DNA of 18,500 nt, from assembly GCA_051874735.1 (NCBI GenBank), contig JBJEGD010000039.1, positions 76,007-94,506 of the forward strand. The letters are read 5' to 3'. Source of the stretch: Candidatus Bruticola sp. Lineage in GTDB: Bacteria > Vulcanimicrobiota > Xenobia > Xenobiales > Xenobiaceae. Under the pieces are notes generated by a model, which worked only from the letters and a program-made list of their open reading frames with translations, did no database searches and was not told where the DNA came from. Both the position numbers and the translations under genes were made by a program. Below are positions 15,930 to 18,500 of this stretch, one piece after another. Positions within the stretch are counted from its first letter, which is position 1. The number at the start of each line of letters is the position of its first letter.

Positions 15930-17153
15930 TTGGCTAGCAACTATGAACTTTTCACCTCAGAATCTGTAACTGAGGGACATCCTGACAAGGTGGCCGATCA
16001 GATTTCTGACGCTATTTTGGATGCTTTCTTAACTGAAGATCCTCATGCCCGCGTGGCCTGCGAAACTTTCCTTCATACCGGTTGTGCCCACATCGCCGGT
16101 CAGATTACTTCTTCAGCCTATATTGATATTGCAGACATAGTCCGCAAAACTTTGGTTGAAATCGGTTATGACTGCCCTGACTACGGTATTGACGGACGCA
16201 GCTGTGGTGTACTTATTTCTATAGACGGTCAATCTCCAGATATTGCCCAAGGTGTTGACTGTGCTTTAGAAGTTCGTGACGACAAAGAAAAGGCTGAGGA
16301 AGATGACGCTGTAGGCGCCGGCGACCAAGGCATGATGTTCGGATATGCCTGTAACGAAACTCCGGAACTGATGCCTCTACCCATCCAGCTTTCTCATGCT
16401 CTGGCCTTCCAGTTAGCTAAAGTTCGTAAGACAAATATCCTGAGCTATCTGCGTCCAGACGGCAAGACTCAGGTTACCGTGCGTTACGATGACGGCAAAC
16501 CCGTAGCCATTGAAACTATTGTAATCTCCACTCAGCACGATCCAGATGTAACCCTTGATCAGATTCGCAAAGATATGATCGAGCATGTTATTTTGCCCAT
16601 AGTTCCCTCTGAGTTCATTAAGAGAGAGAACGGCGAGATTGTCTCCCCACGCATTTTGGTCAATCCTACCGGCCGTTTCGTCATTGGCGGTCCTCAGGGA
16701 GATACTGGACTGACCGGACGCAAGATTATTGTAGACACTTACGGCGGTATGGCTGGTCACGGCGGCGGTGCCTTCTCCGGTAAAGATCCGACGAAGGTAG
16801 ATCGTTCCGCTTGTTATGCAGCCCGTTACGTAGCTAAAAATATTGTGGCAGCTGGGTTAGCTTCCCGATGCGAAGTAGCTATGGCTTATGCCATCGGCGT
16901 AGCGGAACCTGTTAGCGTCTCTGTTGATACTTTCGGTACTGAGACTATTCCCGTAGCTGATATAACTGCCTTAGTGCGCAAAAACTTCGACTTGCGTCCC
17001 GGTGCCATTATCCGCAAGCTAAAATTGCGCCGTCCTATTTATAAGGCTCTTGCTTCTTACGGTCACTTTGGTCGCACCCTTCCGGGAGCAACTTGGGAAA
17101 AGACTGATAAGGCGGAAACTCTGCGTAAGCAGGCAGCTGAACTGAAGAAATAG
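15930..17153 (+). CDS. metK: S-adenosylmethionine synthetase
   Basis: [36 protein letters not shown] and YGHFGR. The likely start is TTG 15930 with AAGGAG at 15914-15919, rather than 15861. Confidence 0.98.
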   Translation: MASNYELFTSESVTEGHPDKVADQISDAILDAFLTEDPHARVACETFLHTGCAHIAGQITSSAYIDIADIVRKTLVEIGYDCPDYGIDGRSCGVLISIDGQSPDIAQGVDCALEVRDDKEKAEEDDAVGAGDQGMMFGYACNETPELMPLPIQLSHALAFQLAKVRKTNILSYLRPDGKTQVTVRYDDGKPVAIETIVISTQHDPDVTLDQIRKDMIEHVILPIVPSEFIKRENGEIVSPRILVNPTGRFVIGGPQGDTGLTGRKIIVDTYGGMAGHGGGAFSGKDPTKVDRSACYAARYVAKNIVAAGLASRCEVAMAYAIGVAEPVSVSVDTFGTETIPVADITALVRKNFDLRPGAIIRKLKLRRPIYKALASYGHFGRTLPGATWEKTDKAETLRKQAAELKK

Positions 17154-17195
17154 TGACTGTACGTTTGTAAATAAAATATCTTAATAACGTCAGTG

Positions 17196-17238
17196 AAAAG
17201 CCCTTTATCCTAGACGCTCTTGGATAAGGGGCTTTTTT
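17196..17238. terminator. Bidirectional intrinsic terminator
   Basis: aaaagccctttatcc (17196-17210) / ggataaggggctttt (17222-17236) between convergent metK and the TPR gene. Confidence 0.85.
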
Positions 17239-17272
17239 ACAACTTGCCCTAAAAAATCTCACAGCCGAGTAC

Positions 17273-18127
17273 TTAAGGCATAAAGATATTTTTTATAAAA
17301 TCGAGGAAATTTCCCTTAGCCTGTCTTTCTAAGAGCTTAACTTCTTCTTCTAAACCTTCCATAAAGGGAAGAGTACTATGCAGACGAACAGCCTTCTCTA
17401 CAGAGTGCTCAGCTAAATCGAAATTTTTGTTGGCCGCGGCTGAAAGAGCATGTAAATACCATAAGCGAGCCCGATTGACACCGCGCTTGGCCGCTATCTG
17501 CAAAAAATCGAAAGCTTTATCGCAGCGTTGTAAAGCGTAAAACATTTCCCCCATACACTGGCATAAATTTAGGTTTTGGCTAAATCGATGTTTCCAGTCA
17601 TTAACCGCTTCTGTAGCTTCATTGAGCATGTTGGCTTTATATAAAATAAAAATTCGCTCCATAGCCCAAATAGGATCATTAGCTTTTTTTCCTGCAGCTT
17701 CATTCGATCCGTAAACTTTCACTACAATTTCTTTTAACTTATCGAGATTTTTTTTATTTAATTTGTGTGCCAAAGCGTAAAGCCAAGTACTTTCGGCCTC
17801 AGCTAATTTGGGAAAAGACTTCATAAAGTCTTCACCTTCTTTAATTGCTTTGTCTATGTTTCCCTCAGCTAAACTACAGTGTATAGCCCAGCGTCGCCCT
17901 TTAATCTTTATGCTCTCAGTATCTTCTTGCGCAGCTAACTGACAAAAATGCTCTGCCTGTTCAAAGCACCCTTCCAGATACATGCCCATCGCTTGAACCA
18001 GGTTAGATTGTTTATCTTCTCCAGCCTCTTCTTTAGGACTAGTATAAGTGTAATGATTATACAGTTTGCTCCCCTGCCAGCAATCACCTGGAGAAGATTT
18101 ATTTTTTCCGGAAGCTTCGGCTGCCAT
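17273..18127 (-). CDS. Tetratricopeptide-repeat-like helical protein
   Basis: TPR-like helices GMYLEGCFEQAEHFCQLA, AEGNIDKAIK, MGEMFYALQRCDKAFDFLQIA and LWYLHALSAAANKNFDLAEHSVEKAVRL. Start uncertain (ATG 18127 or TTG 18166). Confidence 0.7.
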   Translation of the reverse strand: MAAEASGKNKSSPGDCWQGSKLYNHYTYTSPKEEAGEDKQSNLVQAMGMYLEGCFEQAEHFCQLAAQEDTESIKIKGRRWAIHCSLAEGNIDKAIKEGEDFMKSFPKLAEAESTWLYALAHKLNKKNLDKLKEIVVKVYGSNEAAGKKANDPIWAMERIFILYKANMLNEATEAVNDWKHRFSQNLNLCQCMGEMFYALQRCDKAFDFLQIAAKRGVNRARLWYLHALSAAANKNFDLAEHSVEKAVRLHSTLPFMEGLEEEVKLLERQAKGNFLDFIKNIFMP

Positions 18128-18286
18128 AATACTGCTATTCCCGCTTAAATTTACTTGTAAATTCAATAAATTGAATGTCGATAAAATCTTTATTAATTAA
18201 GCCAAAAAGCCTGCTTTTTACGGGGAAAAATACGATCAGCTCGCTAGCTATTTTATAAAAAAAATATAATTTCGCGCTAAAAAGTC

Positions 18287-18322
18287 TTGACCTGAGGCTT
18301 ATACAGTGTTAAAATGCTCCCG
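18287..18322 (+). promoter_or_regulatory. Sigma70 stable-RNA promoter with GC-rich discriminator
   Basis: TTGACC (18287-18292), 17 nt ending TGt, TAAAAT (18310-18315), then GCTCCCG. Confidence 0.8.
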
Positions 18323-18347
18323 TTCCTTGAAAGAGGAGCTGAGAGAT

Positions 18348-18422
18348 TCCGACATAGCTCATCGGTAGAGCAATCGGCTGTTAACCGATCGGTCGTAGGT
18401 TCAAATCCTGCTGTCGGAGCCA
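18348..18422 (+). tRNA. tRNA-Asn (GTT), copy 1
   Basis: Acceptor TCCGACA/TGTCGGA, D arm GCTC/GAGC, anticodon arm ATCGG-CTGTTAA-CCGAT, T arm GTAGG-TTCAAAT-CCTGC, discriminator G and encoded CCA. Confidence 0.96.
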
Positions 18423-18430
18423 ATATATAT

Positions 18431-18500
18431 TCCGACATAGCTCAGCGGTAGAGCAATCGGCTGTTAACCGATCGGTCGTAGGTTCAAATCCTGCTGTCGG
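18431..18500 (+). tRNA. tRNA-Asn (GTT), copy 2, truncated by the window edge
   Basis: Same cloverleaf as copy 1 after an 8-nt ATATATAT spacer; the last 5 nt fall outside the window. Confidence 0.95.

Noticed and set aside
1679-18148. Remaining short ORFs of 63-115 aa nested in or antisense to larger genes
   Set aside because: Shadow frames of well-supported genes, lacking motifs or ribosome-binding sites.
17273-18166. TPR protein as an NlpI/LbcA-like adaptor of CtpA
   Set aside because: No signal peptide or lipobox, so it is probably cytoplasmic, and it lies 7 kb away.

Overview
Bacterial chromosomal window, moderately AT-rich, made up of housekeeping and envelope genes. I see no mobile element, CRISPR array or recognisable defence island. 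Order: the N-terminus of a minus-strand protein with 11-aa tandem repeats (runs off the left edge; the ORF track shows the wrong strand), an orphan PP-loop ATPase divergent from a metallophosphoesterase-fold protein that has lost its metal ligands, galE, a secreted S9A prolyl oligopeptidase, a solitary ECF S component, a minus-strand run hpf > DnaJ-type Zn-finger > ctpA > miaB, an atypical M23/coiled-coil protein, a CBM48-like glycogen-binding protein with a long structured leader, a membrane-anchored NHL propeller, metK with a long leader matching no SAM riboswitch I recognise, a TPR protein and two tandem tRNA-Asn(GTT). The best leads are the PP-loop (CxxC + distal Cys)/pseudo-phosphoesterase pair, the M23 variant (HxD), the uORF-containing CBM48 leader and the metK leader. 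All protein calls are from motifs read by eye; no database search was run.
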